The notes beneath the pieces were generated by a model that saw only the letters and a program-made list of their open reading frames with translations, did not search any database and had not been told where the DNA came from. From an uncultured Alphaproteobacteria bacterium (GTDB lineage: Bacteria > Pseudomonadota > Alphaproteobacteria > Rs-D84), in NCBI GenBank assembly GCA_963540515.1, contig CAUTNA010000001.1:74699-138698 (forward strand): a DNA stretch of 64,000 nucleotides. The letters run 5' to 3'. This document shows positions 50,336 to 59,857 of the stretch, in pieces. Each line of letters opens with the position of its first letter. Position 1 is the stretch's first letter. A program made the translations under genes and the position numbers.

Positions 50336-52328
50336 TTATTTTAAAATAATCCCCTATTTTAAAATCTTTTGAAAGTTCTATAATTCCATCATTATTTTCG
50401 CTTATTCCTAATTCTTTTTCGCTACACATCATCCCATTTGAAATTATTCCTACTACTTTTCTTTTTGTTATAATGTTTCCATTTTCTGGTATTTTAGCCC
50501 CAACTTCTGCTAAAACACTTATCATTCCGACATACAAATTAGATGCTCCACAAACTATTTGTAAATAATTTTTATCAGCTATATCTACATTTAATATTTT
50601 TAAATGATCTGATTCTGGATGTTTATCAATCGAAACAATCTTGGCTATTTTAAATTTTGCTACCTTTCTTGTATATTTTTCTGACATTTCTGATATTTTT
50701 TTATCATCTATTTTTGAAAATAAGTTTACTGGAGTGTTAAAAATAGTTTCTCCTTTTAATTTTCTTTCAAATTTTTCTGGCCAATTATATTTATCTGTTA
50801 TATTTAAATTAAATATATTTTTAATTTTTTGAGAAGTTTCAGGAATAAAAGGATAGGAAATTTCTGCATAAAAATTAATAAGATTAAAACATTCATTTAG
50901 AATATAACCTGCTTCAATCAATTTTTCTTCTTTTATCAATTTCCAAGGTTCCATTTCTGTCATAAATTCATTTCCAATCGACCAAATATCTCGAATGGTT
51001 GAAATTGCTTTTCTAAATTCACATTTATTTAAAGAATCTGTTAATGCTTTTAGTTTTTTATTAATGTTTTCATCTAAATTAAATTTTTCAATTCCTTCAG
51101 GAATTTTATTTCCAAAAGTTTTTTCGGTTATTTTACAAACTCTTGATACAAAGTTTCCTAAAATTCCATTTAGGTCTTTATTCACGATATCAGCAAATCT
51201 TTGTATAGTAAAATCATTATCATCTGTTTCTGGACAAGAAGACATTAAGGTATATCTCCATACATCAGAAGGAGCATCCTCCAAAGCTGTGTTCAAAAAT
51301 ATACCATTACCGGTTGATTTTGATATTTTCTCTCCCTCAAAATTTAAGAAATTTAACCCTTTTAATAAATCAACTTTTTTCCAATTATCATTTAATGCTA
51401 TTATTTGTCCTGGAAAAAATATAGAATGAAATTTTATATTATCCTTTCCCATAAATTGAACATAGAAGCAATTTTCGTTTTTCCACCAATCTTTCCAATT
51501 ATCTCTAGCTCTTTGAGAGATAGAAACATAACCCCAAGGTGCATCAAACCAGACATAAAAAACTTTATTTTCATAACCTTTTTTGTTTACAGGAATTCCC
51601 CAAGTTAAATCTCTGGTTATTGATGGGTTAGGAATTTCTTCTTTTAGATACTTGTATGTAGATGATATTGCTGTATTAGACCATCCATTTTTTTGTGATG
51701 TTTCTTCAAACCATTCTTTAACTTTTTCTTTTGTTTTTGATGCTAAATAAAATAAATTTTTTGTTTTTCGTAATTCTATATTTTTACTACCTGTTTCTGG
51801 TACATATGGATTTATTAAATCTGATGGATCAAGTAGTTCTCCACACTTATCACATTGATCACCTCTTGCTTTTTCATAACCACAAAATGGGCATATTCCT
51901 TCAATTTGTCTATCAGCAAGAAACATTTTATCATCTATCGAATATGGTTGTAGTGTTGTTTTTTCTTCAATATATCCATTTTCATCAAGTTTTTTATAAA
52001 TATCTTGAACAAGATTTTTTTGTAATTCTGTATGTGTTCTTCCATATCCACCATCAAAAGAAAGATTAAAATCTTTTATAGATTTTTCGTGATAAGATCT
52101 ATATTTATTGACATATTCTTCTTCTGAAATCTTTTCTTTTCTTGCTCCAACTGTTGCAGGAGTTCCATGTTCGTCAGCACCGCATATAAATAAAACATTT
52201 TCTTTACCATATTTTGCTCTGCAAAATCTTGCATAAACGTCAGATGGTAATAAACAACCAACTAAATGACCAATATGAAAATTATTATTAACATAAGGGA
52301 GAGCACTTGTTATTAAAATTTTTTTCAT
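50328..52328 (-). CDS. metG: Methionine--tRNA ligase with C-terminal tRNA-binding (EMAP-like) domain
   Basis: HIGH (NFHIGHL), KMSKS (KISKSTGN), C-terminal OB-fold. Start moved to MKKILITSALPYVNN (52328), so the gene does not run into tRNA-Val. Confidence 0.93.
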   Translation of the reverse strand: MKKILITSALPYVNNNFHIGHLVGCLLPSDVYARFCRAKYGKENVLFICGADEHGTPATVGARKEKISEEEYVNKYRSYHEKSIKDFNLSFDGGYGRTHTELQKNLVQDIYKKLDENGYIEEKTTLQPYSIDDKMFLADRQIEGICPFCGYEKARGDQCDKCGELLDPSDLINPYVPETGSKNIELRKTKNLFYLASKTKEKVKEWFEETSQKNGWSNTAISSTYKYLKEEIPNPSITRDLTWGIPVNKKGYENKVFYVWFDAPWGYVSISQRARDNWKDWWKNENCFYVQFMGKDNIKFHSIFFPGQIIALNDNWKKVDLLKGLNFLNFEGEKISKSTGNGIFLNTALEDAPSDVWRYTLMSSCPETDDNDFTIQRFADIVNKDLNGILGNFVSRVCKITEKTFGNKIPEGIEKFNLDENINKKLKALTDSLNKCEFRKAISTIRDIWSIGNEFMTEMEPWKLIKEEKLIEAGYILNECFNLINFYAEISYPFIPETSQKIKNIFNLNITDKYNWPEKFERKLKGETIFNTPVNLFSKIDDKKISEMSEKYTRKVAKFKIAKIVSIDKHPESDHLKILNVDIADKNYLQIVCGASNLYVGMISVLAEVGAKIPENGNIITKRKVVGIISNGMMCSEKELGISENNDGIIELSKDFKIGDYFKING

Positions 52329-52352
52329 TTTTTTTCCTATGAAGATATAAAG

Positions 52353-52429
52353 TGGTGGACACAATTGGAATCGAACCAACGACCTTTACGATGTCAACGT
52401 AACGCTCTAACCATCTGAGCTATGTGTCC
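52353..52429 (-). tRNA. tRNA-Val (anticodon GAC)
   Basis: Reverse complement is GGACACA...anticodon loop TTGACAT...T-loop TTCGATT...TGTGTCC-A-CCA. Confidence 0.9.
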
Positions 52430-52467
52430 AATGTAGTATATTCTATTAAAATAAAAATATATTTCAA

Positions 52468-53004
52468 TTATTTTGCTGGAGAAATAATAATTGATTTTGT
52501 TCTATCATCTGGCTTTGATTTACTTTCTAAAGTTCCTTTTTCTCCAATTAATTCAATAATTTTTGAAAAAAGTTCAGGAATAGCATCTTTACCTCTTGAT
52601 AAAACTTTTTTACTTCCTTTTGTCATTACTGATATTTTCACCTTATCTCCATCATTTAAAAATTCAAATACTTTTTTTAATTTTATATTTAAATCATTAG
52701 TTTCTATAAATGGTTTTATCCAAACTTCTTTTAAATCAGAAGTTTTTTGTTTTTTTCTTGCTTCAGATCCACGTTTTTTTTGTTCATATTTAAATTTTCC
52801 AAAATCCATTATCTTAACTAGGGGAGGAATATTATTTGCGTTCATTTCAACTAAATCTAAATTTAAGTCAATAGCCATTTGCAAAGCTTGCCCTGTTGAC
52901 ATTGTACCTAAATTTTGCCCATCACTAGATATAACCTGAACATTTTTAGATGTTATTTGTGAATTAATGCGAGGTCCTAAATTTTTGTTATTGTTTTGTT
53001 TTAT
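52468..53004 (-). CDS. infC: Translation initiation factor IF-3, with a non-AUG (ATA) start codon
   Basis: The listed ORF (52468..52902) begins mid-protein. The frame stays open upstream to an ATA at 53002-53004. That ATA is preceded by a perfect AAGGAG RBS 6 nt upstream and a TGA one codon further up. The N-terminus ...LGPRINSQITSKNVQVISSDGQNLGTM aligns with IF3 [25 protein letters not shown]. 178 aa. Confidence 0.75.
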   Translation of the reverse strand: MKQNNNKNLGPRINSQITSKNVQVISSDGQNLGTMSTGQALQMAIDLNLDLVEMNANNIPPLVKIMDFGKFKYEQKKRGSEARKKQKTSDLKEVWIKPFIETNDLNIKLKKVFEFLNDGDKVKISVMTKGSKKVLSRGKDAIPELFSKIIELIGEKGTLESKSKPDDRTKSIIISPAK

Positions 53005-53046
53005 CTTATACTCCTTTCATAAAAGTTTTAGAAGTATTCATTATTT

Positions 53047-53751
53047 TTACTCATTTTTCAATAAATTTTGAATTTTTTTAAGAGTTTCCCAAACTTCTCG
53101 TTTAGAATCTTTATTAATAAGTAAATAATTAGGATGATAAATAGGTACTGTAGTTATACCATAAAATTCATGGAATTTTCCATGAAGTCTATTTATATCT
53201 ATTTTTAGTATTATTTTTGAAGCGAGAGCTCCAAGTGTCACTATAACTTTAGGTTCAGATATTTTTATAATTTTATCAATTATTGGCATACTTAATGATA
53301 TTTCTTCTTCTGTTGGTGTTCGTCCTCCTGGTGGTCTCCAAAAAAGAATTGGTGTAATAGAAATATCTTCTCTCGTTAGTTCTATAGATTTTATTATTTT
53401 GTTGAATAATTCTCCTTCACTACTAAAAAAAAGTCGACCATTTATATCATCATTTAGTGTTGGAAAATCTGTTATAAATAAAATTTTTGATCTTTTTACT
53501 AAATCAGGGATTATTGTATTAGAGGAAAATTGTTTTAATGGATGATTAAATTTTTTTATCAGTTCAATTAAATCTGATATATCATTAACATTTGAAAAAA
53601 AATCATTAGCATATTTTGTATTAATAGGTTTTGTTGATAATATACTTTTTTTACTAGAATTTTCTATAATCACGGTTTTTGATGATTCTATTTCATCTAG
53701 CTCCCATTCAATTTTAAAGAGTTTTAAATCAAACAGATTTATTGAATACAT
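53047..53751 (-). CDS. Uracil-DNA glycosylase family 4/5-like protein (DNA-polymerase-associated UDG family)
   Basis: FSSEGELF (a GEAPG-like motif), RPPGGRTPT and IYHPNYLL (an HPS/HPA-like motif). 234 aa. Confidence 0.6.
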   Translation of the reverse strand: MYSINLFDLKLFKIEWELDEIESSKTVIIENSSKKSILSTKPINTKYANDFFSNVNDISDLIELIKKFNHPLKQFSSNTIIPDLVKRSKILFITDFPTLNDDINGRLFFSSEGELFNKIIKSIELTREDISITPILFWRPPGGRTPTEEEISLSMPIIDKIIKISEPKVIVTLGALASKIILKIDINRLHGKFHEFYGITTVPIYHPNYLLINKDSKREVWETLKKIQNLLKNE

Positions 53752-53827
53752 CCTCTATTTTCCTTGAATTTTATGATTTTTGTTATAGAATATGGAATAT
53801 ATTACAAAAATACAAGGGAGTATTTTA

Positions 53828-54247
53828 ATGAAAGTAAAAAATCTAACTCTATTAGCTGGGGTTGCTGGTTTATTGGTCGCTTGTGGCGGTTCTAATAAGA
53901 TTGTTGAGCCAACAGATATGAATGGTCAAAAAGTTTTCTTTGATTTTGATTCTGCTGAAATTTCTGAAGAATCAAAGAATAACCTTTTAGGACAGGCTTT
54001 ATATATGAAAAACCATCAAGATGCTAAGATACAAATAGCTGGTAATTGTGATGAACGTGGTTCTACAGAATATAATTTAGCATTAGGTGCAAAACGTGCA
54101 AATGCTGCTAAATCAGTTTTAGTAAAAGATGGTGTAGAATCTGTAAGAGTTTCAACAATTTCTTATGGTAAAGAGCGTCCATCTGTTAAAGGTTCTGGCG
54201 AAGAAGTTTGGAAGCAAAATAGAAATGCTACTACTATGTTAAAATAA
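53828..54247 (+). CDS. pal: Peptidoglycan-associated lipoprotein (OmpA-like)
   Basis: Lipobox LLVACGG. OmpA-like domain NCDERGSTEYNLALGAKRANAAKSVL. RBS AAGGGAG 7 nt upstream of the ATG at 53828; the listed ORF start at 53792 was rejected. Confidence 0.85.
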   Translation: MKVKNLTLLAGVAGLLVACGGSNKIVEPTDMNGQKVFFDFDSAEISEESKNNLLGQALYMKNHQDAKIQIAGNCDERGSTEYNLALGAKRANAAKSVLVKDGVESVRVSTISYGKERPSVKGSGEEVWKQNRNATTMLK

Positions 54248-54251
54248 TTAT

Positions 54252-54275
54252 AACCCGTGAAAACGGGTTTTTTTA
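54252..54275 (+). terminator. Rho-independent terminator AACCCGT-gaaa-ACGGGTT + T6
   Basis: Read directly. Perfect 7-bp GC-containing stem, then TTTTTT, 5 nt after the pal stop. Confidence 0.8.
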
Positions 54276-54575
54276 TATTATTCTTTAGTCTTATACACTT
54301 GTTAATTCTGTAAAGAAAAGTTTATTATTTTTTTGACTAATAATCTAATAAAATCTAAAAAATATAATTATAAAAGCTAATGTATGATACATATTGTTGC
54401 TTTGTCTATGTTTTTAGAAAAAGTAATTTATATACATTTATTTTAATACAAATTTTATATTTTATAATCGTATTTGTTTATCAGAAATTGTTTCTTACAG
54501 ATACTTTTCTCTTTATGAACGTGGACAAAAATTAATATATATAGAAAAAAATAGATATAATTTTATAATGTTGAT

Positions 54576-54608
54576 AAAAGTAAAAGGTTTTTAAAGCCTT
54601 TTACTTTT
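54576..54608. repeat. 12-bp perfect inverted repeat AAAAGTAAAAGG-tttttaaag-CCTTTTACTTTT in a 440-bp non-coding spacer
   Basis: Read directly. Lies downstream of the minus-strand TPR gene. Not followed by a clean T-run on either strand. Confidence 0.4.
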
Positions 54609-54650
54609 ATTATCAATAGATACATATATTTTTAAGTTTAAATTCTATAG

Positions 54651-54662
54651 TTTCATATGAAA
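54651..54662. promoter_or_regulatory. parS-like palindrome TTTCATATGAAA (second copy, 12/12 core)
   Basis: Read directly. Shares the 12-bp core of the 16-bp palindrome at 56895. Confidence 0.3.
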
Positions 54663-54685
54663 TTATTTATAATTATATGTTTTTA

Positions 54686-56284
54686 CTAGGTTTTTAGTTT
54701 CTTAATTTTCTTATCTAATTCGGGTATTGATGAGTTTCCATCATTTGATAATTCTTTTGCTTTTAAATATGCTTTTTTTGCCTCTTCGTTTTTGTTTATT
54801 TCTTTATATAAATCTCCTAATAGTTCAAATAAATGTGAATTTGTTGATGATATTTTTCCTACTCTTGATATTACTTCTATTGCAGAATTTACACCTTCTT
54901 TTTCCCTAACGGCATAACCTAATACTATCCAAGCGTCTATACTAGAAGAGTTGTTTTTTATAATTAATATTGCGTTTTTATAAGCTTCTTCTATTTGTTC
55001 TTTATTTTTTACCCAAATTAAAGATTGTGATAATATATAATCAATATCTTTATTTTTATTAATTTTTAAAATTTCATCTAGTGTATCTTGTGCTTTATTT
55101 AAATTGTTAAAGGCTAGATAACTCTTTAATAAGAGCTTTAATAAAAATATTTTACTAGTATCTTTTAAGTCTGTATCTTCTAATGATTTATTTATTAGCT
55201 GTATAGCTTTTTTTTCTTCTCCCTTTTGTATGTGTTTTAATACTAATTTATATATTCCTGGTAGAAATAAAGGGTTTTTTTTGACAATTTTATCTAATTC
55301 TTTTAAATCATCAGATTTTTCTGTTTTTAATATTTCTACAAAAGGTTTAAAGAAACTATTATCGTTTATTTGATTAAAAAATAATTGATAATTTCCGTTG
55401 TTATTTAAAAAGTATTGTCCAAGATAGAAAAAAACAATATCTCTATTGGTCTGGTTATTTTGTATAATTTCTGCAAATCTAAGCATTATTAAAGATAGAT
55501 TCGAATATTTAAGTAGATCTGTATGAGATAAATTTTGGATTATATTAAAAGCAAGTTGATTAGATAAACCTGAAAAATTATTCCAATCCAAATAAATGTC
55601 TTTTTTTATAACAAAAGAACTTAGAGGTGTATCTGAAAATTTATTTTTAAAATTTGTTAATGTATTTTTAAATTTATATTTATTGTAAAATGATGATATA
55701 TATATATAGTCATTTAAATTCATAAAATCAGTTTTTACATTAGAAAAATGATATGCAGCTTTTTTTATTTCTCCTTTTTCACTATAAATTTGTCCTAGTA
55801 AAAAATTTTTCAATGAAGATGATGTTTTTAGCTTTAGTATATATTTGATAGCTTCATTATGTTTTCCTATAGCTATACTTGACCAAATTTTGAAAGGAGC
55901 CATCAATACAACATTATCTTTATTATGTCTTTTATAAACTGATTGCCAATCATTGTTTTTTATGTACTCTGCATCTTTTATAAATTCTAAAGCTAAGGTA
56001 TTAATATTAATTTTTTTATATTTTATAGGAATAAGTTCTCCATTCATAAAAGAAGATAAGATTTTAATATCATCAGTATTAAAGTTTTTTAAATCCTTTT
56101 TTGATAGTTTGCTGGCTGTTTCAAAATCATTAATATTCATTGCATATTGAATATCTAAAAATATGCCAAAATCTGTTTCTGGATATTTATAATCGTATTT
56201 ATGATTAGTTTTATAAAAAAATATCCATCCAATAGATATTAAAGAACTTATCATTATTAATGATATTATTATATGTTTTTTCAC
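54686..56284 (-). CDS. Membrane-anchored TPR-repeat protein
   Basis: N-terminal TM, then multiple TPR-like helical repeats (AxxxYxxA/LG patterns). 532 aa. Confidence 0.55.
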   Translation of the reverse strand: MKKHIIISLIMISSLISIGWIFFYKTNHKYDYKYPETDFGIFLDIQYAMNINDFETASKLSKKDLKNFNTDDIKILSSFMNGELIPIKYKKININTLALEFIKDAEYIKNNDWQSVYKRHNKDNVVLMAPFKIWSSIAIGKHNEAIKYILKLKTSSSLKNFLLGQIYSEKGEIKKAAYHFSNVKTDFMNLNDYIYISSFYNKYKFKNTLTNFKNKFSDTPLSSFVIKKDIYLDWNNFSGLSNQLAFNIIQNLSHTDLLKYSNLSLIMLRFAEIIQNNQTNRDIVFFYLGQYFLNNNGNYQLFFNQINDNSFFKPFVEILKTEKSDDLKELDKIVKKNPLFLPGIYKLVLKHIQKGEEKKAIQLINKSLEDTDLKDTSKIFLLKLLLKSYLAFNNLNKAQDTLDEILKINKNKDIDYILSQSLIWVKNKEQIEEAYKNAILIIKNNSSSIDAWIVLGYAVREKEGVNSAIEVISRVGKISSTNSHLFELLGDLYKEINKNEEAKKAYLKAKELSNDGNSSIPELDKKIKKLKT

Positions 56285-56309
56285 TGATTTTCCTGTTTAT
56301 AATTACACT

Positions 56310-56894
56310 ATGTATGGTACAATAATAGGTATGTTTAATAAAGAAAAATTTGAATTATATAAATCATTAATACTTGATTACTCTAGGCATACAAATTTAG
56401 TATCAAAGAAATCATTAGAAAATATTGAAATAAGACATTTTGAAGATTCTAAACAACTATCTAATTATATTACAGAAGGTTCAACTATTATAGATATGGG
56501 AAGTGGTGCTGGTTTTCCAGGTGTTGTTTTAGCAATACTTGGATATAAAGTGTTTTGTGTTGAATCTATTATTAAAAAAGCCAACTTTTTAAATATTGTT
56601 AAAAATAAGTTAAATTTAAAAAATTTAATAATTTGTAATGAAAGGTTAGAAAATTTTCTAAAAAATATGACGTTTGATAAAAAAACTGTTTTTACTGCTA
56701 GAGCTTTTGCGCCTCTTATAGAGATACTTGAATATATACATAAATTTAATTATCCAGCTTTTTTATTAAAAGGCAGAAAAATAGAAGAAGAAATATTTGA
56801 AGCAAATAAGAAGTTTAAGTTTTATTATGAATTAAAAAAATCAATAACTGGGGATGGTTTTATAATAAAGGTAGAAAAAATAAAGAAATATTGA
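56310..56894 (+). CDS. rsmG: 16S rRNA (guanine527-N7)-methyltransferase RsmG (GidB)
   Basis: SAM motif IDMGSGAGFPGVVLAI. Positioned upstream of parAB. 194 aa. Confidence 0.85.
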   Translation: MYGTIIGMFNKEKFELYKSLILDYSRHTNLVSKKSLENIEIRHFEDSKQLSNYITEGSTIIDMGSGAGFPGVVLAILGYKVFCVESIIKKANFLNIVKNKLNLKNLIICNERLENFLKNMTFDKKTVFTARAFAPLIEILEYIHKFNYPAFLLKGRKIEEEIFEANKKFKFYYELKKSITGDGFIIKVEKIKKY

Positions 56895-56910
56895 TATTTC
56901 ATATGAAATA
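56895..56910. promoter_or_regulatory. 16-bp perfect palindrome TATTTCATATGAAATA, a candidate AT-drifted parS (consensus TGTTNCACGTGAAACA)
   Basis: Read directly. Starts 1 nt after the rsmG stop, ~95 bp upstream of parA. 12/16 identical to canonical parS. All differences are symmetric G>A/C>T changes. Confidence 0.4.
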
Positions 56911-57004
56911 AAGTTTAACTAATTGTTTTTAGTTAGAAAATTAATAAAACTTGATTTTTTTTTAGAATTTTCTAGTATTTATGTATCTTAAATAAAATTT
57001 GTTT

Positions 57005-57787
57005 ATGTCTAAAATAATTGCTTTTGCTAATCAAAAAGGTGGTGTTGGTAAGACTACTACCGCTATAAATATAGGAACTTCGTTAGCTACTATAAAAAAT
57101 AAGGTTTTGCTTATAGATTTAGATCCACAGGGAAATGCTGGTACAGGGCTTGGCTTTGTTAGAGCTAAGTATTCTCAAAGTGTTTACGGTGTTATTGTTG
57201 GAAGTTCTAAAATATCAGATAATATTTTATCTACTTCTGTTCCTAATTTACATATATTACCATCAAGCCCATCTCTTTCAGGAGCAGATGTTGATTTTTT
57301 AGATGTTGATAATAGGGAATATAGGTTAAAAGAATCTGTAAGGTTAGTTGAAGATTATTATGATTATATTCTTTTGGATTGTCCTCCTGCTCTTGGTTTT
57401 TTAACCTTAAATGCTCTTACTACAGCAAATTATGTTATTGTTCCGTTACAATGTGAATTTTTTGCCTTAGAAGGAATACAGCAACTGGTAAATACAATTA
57501 GTGAGGTTAAGAAAAAATGGAATCCTAATTTAGATATTTTAGGTGTTTTACTTACAATGTATGATAAAAGATATGGTCTTACCAAGGCTGTTGAAGATGA
57601 TGTTAGAAATACTTTTGGTGATAAAGTTTTTAAAACTGTTATACCTAGAAATGTAAGAGTTTCAGAAGCGCCATCTCATGGAAAACCGGCTTTATTTTAT
57701 GATTTTAATTCATTAGGAGCACAAGCTTATTTGAGAGTTGCTACTGAGATAGTTGAAAAATTAAATGATGGAGAGAATAATGTCTAA
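57005..57787 (+). CDS. parA: Chromosome partitioning ATPase ParA
   Basis: Deviant Walker A NQKGGVGKTTT, DLDPQGN, ParA family. ~260 aa. Confidence 0.9.
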   Translation: MSKIIAFANQKGGVGKTTTAINIGTSLATIKNKVLLIDLDPQGNAGTGLGFVRAKYSQSVYGVIVGSSKISDNILSTSVPNLHILPSSPSLSGADVDFLDVDNREYRLKESVRLVEDYYDYILLDCPPALGFLTLNALTTANYVIVPLQCEFFALEGIQQLVNTISEVKKKWNPNLDILGVLLTMYDKRYGLTKAVEDDVRNTFGDKVFKTVIPRNVRVSEAPSHGKPALFYDFNSLGAQAYLRVATEIVEKLNDGENNV

Positions 57788-58667
57788 GTTTGGTTTGGGA
57801 AAAGGTTTATCTGATTTAAAAGCTGAATTTGGTGATATACCTGATATTAGTATTTTAAGTGGTAATGATAAAATTGTTGTTAGACAAATTCCATTGATTC
57901 AAATAGGTGTTAATTCTGAACAGCCTAGAAAATTTTTTAATCAAGAAGAATTAAATGATTTAGCAAATTCTATAAAGGAAAAGGGTGTTTTACAGCCGAT
58001 TTTATTACGTTCCATAAAGAATAAGCCTTATTTATATGAAATAATAGCTGGGGAACGAAGATTTAGAGCTTCTAAAATTGCTGGTTTATCAGAAATACCG
58101 GCTCTTATAAAAAATATTGATGATTTTAATGCTATGGAAATAGCTTTAATAGAAAATGTTCAAAGAGAAAATTTAAATCCTATAGAAGAAGCAAATGCTT
58201 ATAAAAATTTGTTAGATAAAGATTATAGTGTTGAAGATATTTGTAGATTAATTGGTAAATCTGAGAGTTATATAAGGAATATAATGAGAATACTTTCTTT
58301 ACCAGATTCTGTAAAAGAACTTGTTATAAATGGAAAGTTATCGGCTTCTCATGCAAGGGCAATTTCTGTTGTGGAAAATCCTTTAAATATTGCTAATAAA
58401 ATTATTAAAGAAAATATTCCTGTTTCTGAAATAGAAAAAATGGTTAAATTAGAAAAAAGAGCTTCAAAAAATAGAGTTTTTAATAATAACTTGTTAGTGA
58501 ATAGTGATATTCTTGAAATAGAAAAAAAGATAAAGAAAGAATTAAATGTAAATGTTAAAATTAAAGAAAAAAAAGGTGGGGCTGGAGAGATAAGCCTCTA
58601 TTTTATAAATAGAATTCAGTTAAAAGAATTAATTTATAATTTAATAAATGAAGAAATAGAAATTTAA
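57780..58667 (+). CDS. parB: Chromosome partitioning protein ParB
   Basis: LGKGLSDL N-terminus, ParB box GERRFRAS, HTH region. Overlaps the parA stop. Confidence 0.9.
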   Translation: MSKFGLGKGLSDLKAEFGDIPDISILSGNDKIVVRQIPLIQIGVNSEQPRKFFNQEELNDLANSIKEKGVLQPILLRSIKNKPYLYEIIAGERRFRASKIAGLSEIPALIKNIDDFNAMEIALIENVQRENLNPIEEANAYKNLLDKDYSVEDICRLIGKSESYIRNIMRILSLPDSVKELVINGKLSASHARAISVVENPLNIANKIIKENIPVSEIEKMVKLEKRASKNRVFNNNLLVNSDILEIEKKIKKELNVNVKIKEKKGGAGEISLYFINRIQLKELIYNLINEEIEI

Positions 58668-58708
58668 TTGATTTTTTGTCTTTTTTTACTTAGTATATTT
58701 TTGTCGTT

Positions 58709-58782
58709 GGCTTGGTGGCAGAATGGTTATGCAGAGGACTGCAAATCCTTGTAAGCCGGTTCGATTCCGACCCAAGCCTCCA
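58709..58782 (+). tRNA. tRNA-Cys (anticodon GCA)
   Basis: GGCTTGG...anticodon loop CTGCAAA...T-loop TTCGATT...CCAAGCC-T-CCA. Confidence 0.9.
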
Positions 58783-58789
58783 TTTTTTT

Positions 58790-59833
58790 ATGATAAAATC
58801 ATTAATTCTTACAAATTTTAGAAATCATATTTTTAGTCATTTTGAAATAGATGATAGTAAAGTTATTTTTGTTGGTGGAAATAATGGAAGTGGTAAAACT
58901 GCCATTTTGGAATCTATTTCAATGTTTTCCCCTGATAAAGGATTGAGATCAGCTTCTATGAATGATATTTTAAGATTTGGAAGTAATGGTTGTTTTTCTG
59001 TTTTTTCAAATCTTTCTGATGGAAATGATTTAGTTATATCTTATTCAAATAATGATTTAAGTCGTAAAGTTAAATTAAATTCTGATAATGTTTCTTTAAG
59101 TTCACTTTCTTCTTTATTAAAAATTATTTGGTTAACACCAAAGGAAGATCGATTATTTATTGATTCTATTGTAGAAAGACGTGTTTTTTTTGATCGTTTA
59201 GTTTCTTGTTTTGATGAAAATCATATGTCTAGAATATCTAAATTAAATAGGCTTCTTTCAGAAAGAAGTTTTGCATTAAAAAATAAAATAAATATAAAAT
59301 TATTAGATGTATTAGATAGTCAAATAACTGGTATTTCTGTATCAATTGCAGCATCTCGTATTCAGTATATATCAGAATTAAGTTACTTCTTGAAAGGTAT
59401 AAATATTGATGTGTCTGGTTTATTAGAGTCTTTTATTTTAAATGAAAATGCAAGTATTGCAGAGCAGAAGTATTTAGATTATTTAATAAATAACCGTTTT
59501 TTAGTCAATGATAAAATGATTATAGATGGAGTTAACAAAACAGATTTTAAGGTTTTTAATAAAACTCTTAATTTACCTGTATACTTAACAAGTACAGGAC
59601 AACAAAAAATTGTTCTTATAGATTTAGTTTTATCTCATTCAAAACTTATAAATACTAAATTAAATAAGAAAAATTTAATTTTATTAGATGAAGTTTTTTC
59701 TCATTTAGATTATTTGTCATCAAAAAAAATATTAAATTCTTTTCAAGAAACTAATTCCCAAATATGGATAACAGGAAATGATGACTCAAAAGTTAAAGAA
59801 TTTAGTAATGTTTTTTATATTAAATGTGTATGA
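58790..59833 (+). CDS. recF: DNA replication and repair protein RecF
   Basis: LILTNFRNH...VIFVGGNNGSGKTAILESI (Walker A), SMC-like signature and Walker B (LLLDEV). The listed ORF start at 58712 overlaps tRNA-Cys and was rejected; start set at MIKSLILTNFRNH. Confidence 0.8.
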   Translation: MIKSLILTNFRNHIFSHFEIDDSKVIFVGGNNGSGKTAILESISMFSPDKGLRSASMNDILRFGSNGCFSVFSNLSDGNDLVISYSNNDLSRKVKLNSDNVSLSSLSSLLKIIWLTPKEDRLFIDSIVERRVFFDRLVSCFDENHMSRISKLNRLLSERSFALKNKINIKLLDVLDSQITGISVSIAASRIQYISELSYFLKGINIDVSGLLESFILNENASIAEQKYLDYLINNRFLVNDKMIIDGVNKTDFKVFNKTLNLPVYLTSTGQQKIVLIDLVLSHSKLINTKLNKKNLILLDEVFSHLDYLSSKKILNSFQETNSQIWITGNDDSKVKEFSNVFYIKCV

Positions 59834-59857
59834 TATAAATAAAATAAGAAGGAATAT

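Noticed and set aside
52329-52379. metG start at 52379 (MVRFQLCPPLYIFIGKK...)
   Set aside because: It would overlap tRNA-Val on the same strand. The canonical MetRS N-terminus (MKKILITSALPYVNN) starts at 52328.
58712-58789. N-terminal extension of the recF ORF starting at 58712
   Set aside because: It overlaps tRNA-Cys (58709..58782) on the same strand. The conserved RecF N-terminus begins at MIKSLILTNFRNH (58790).
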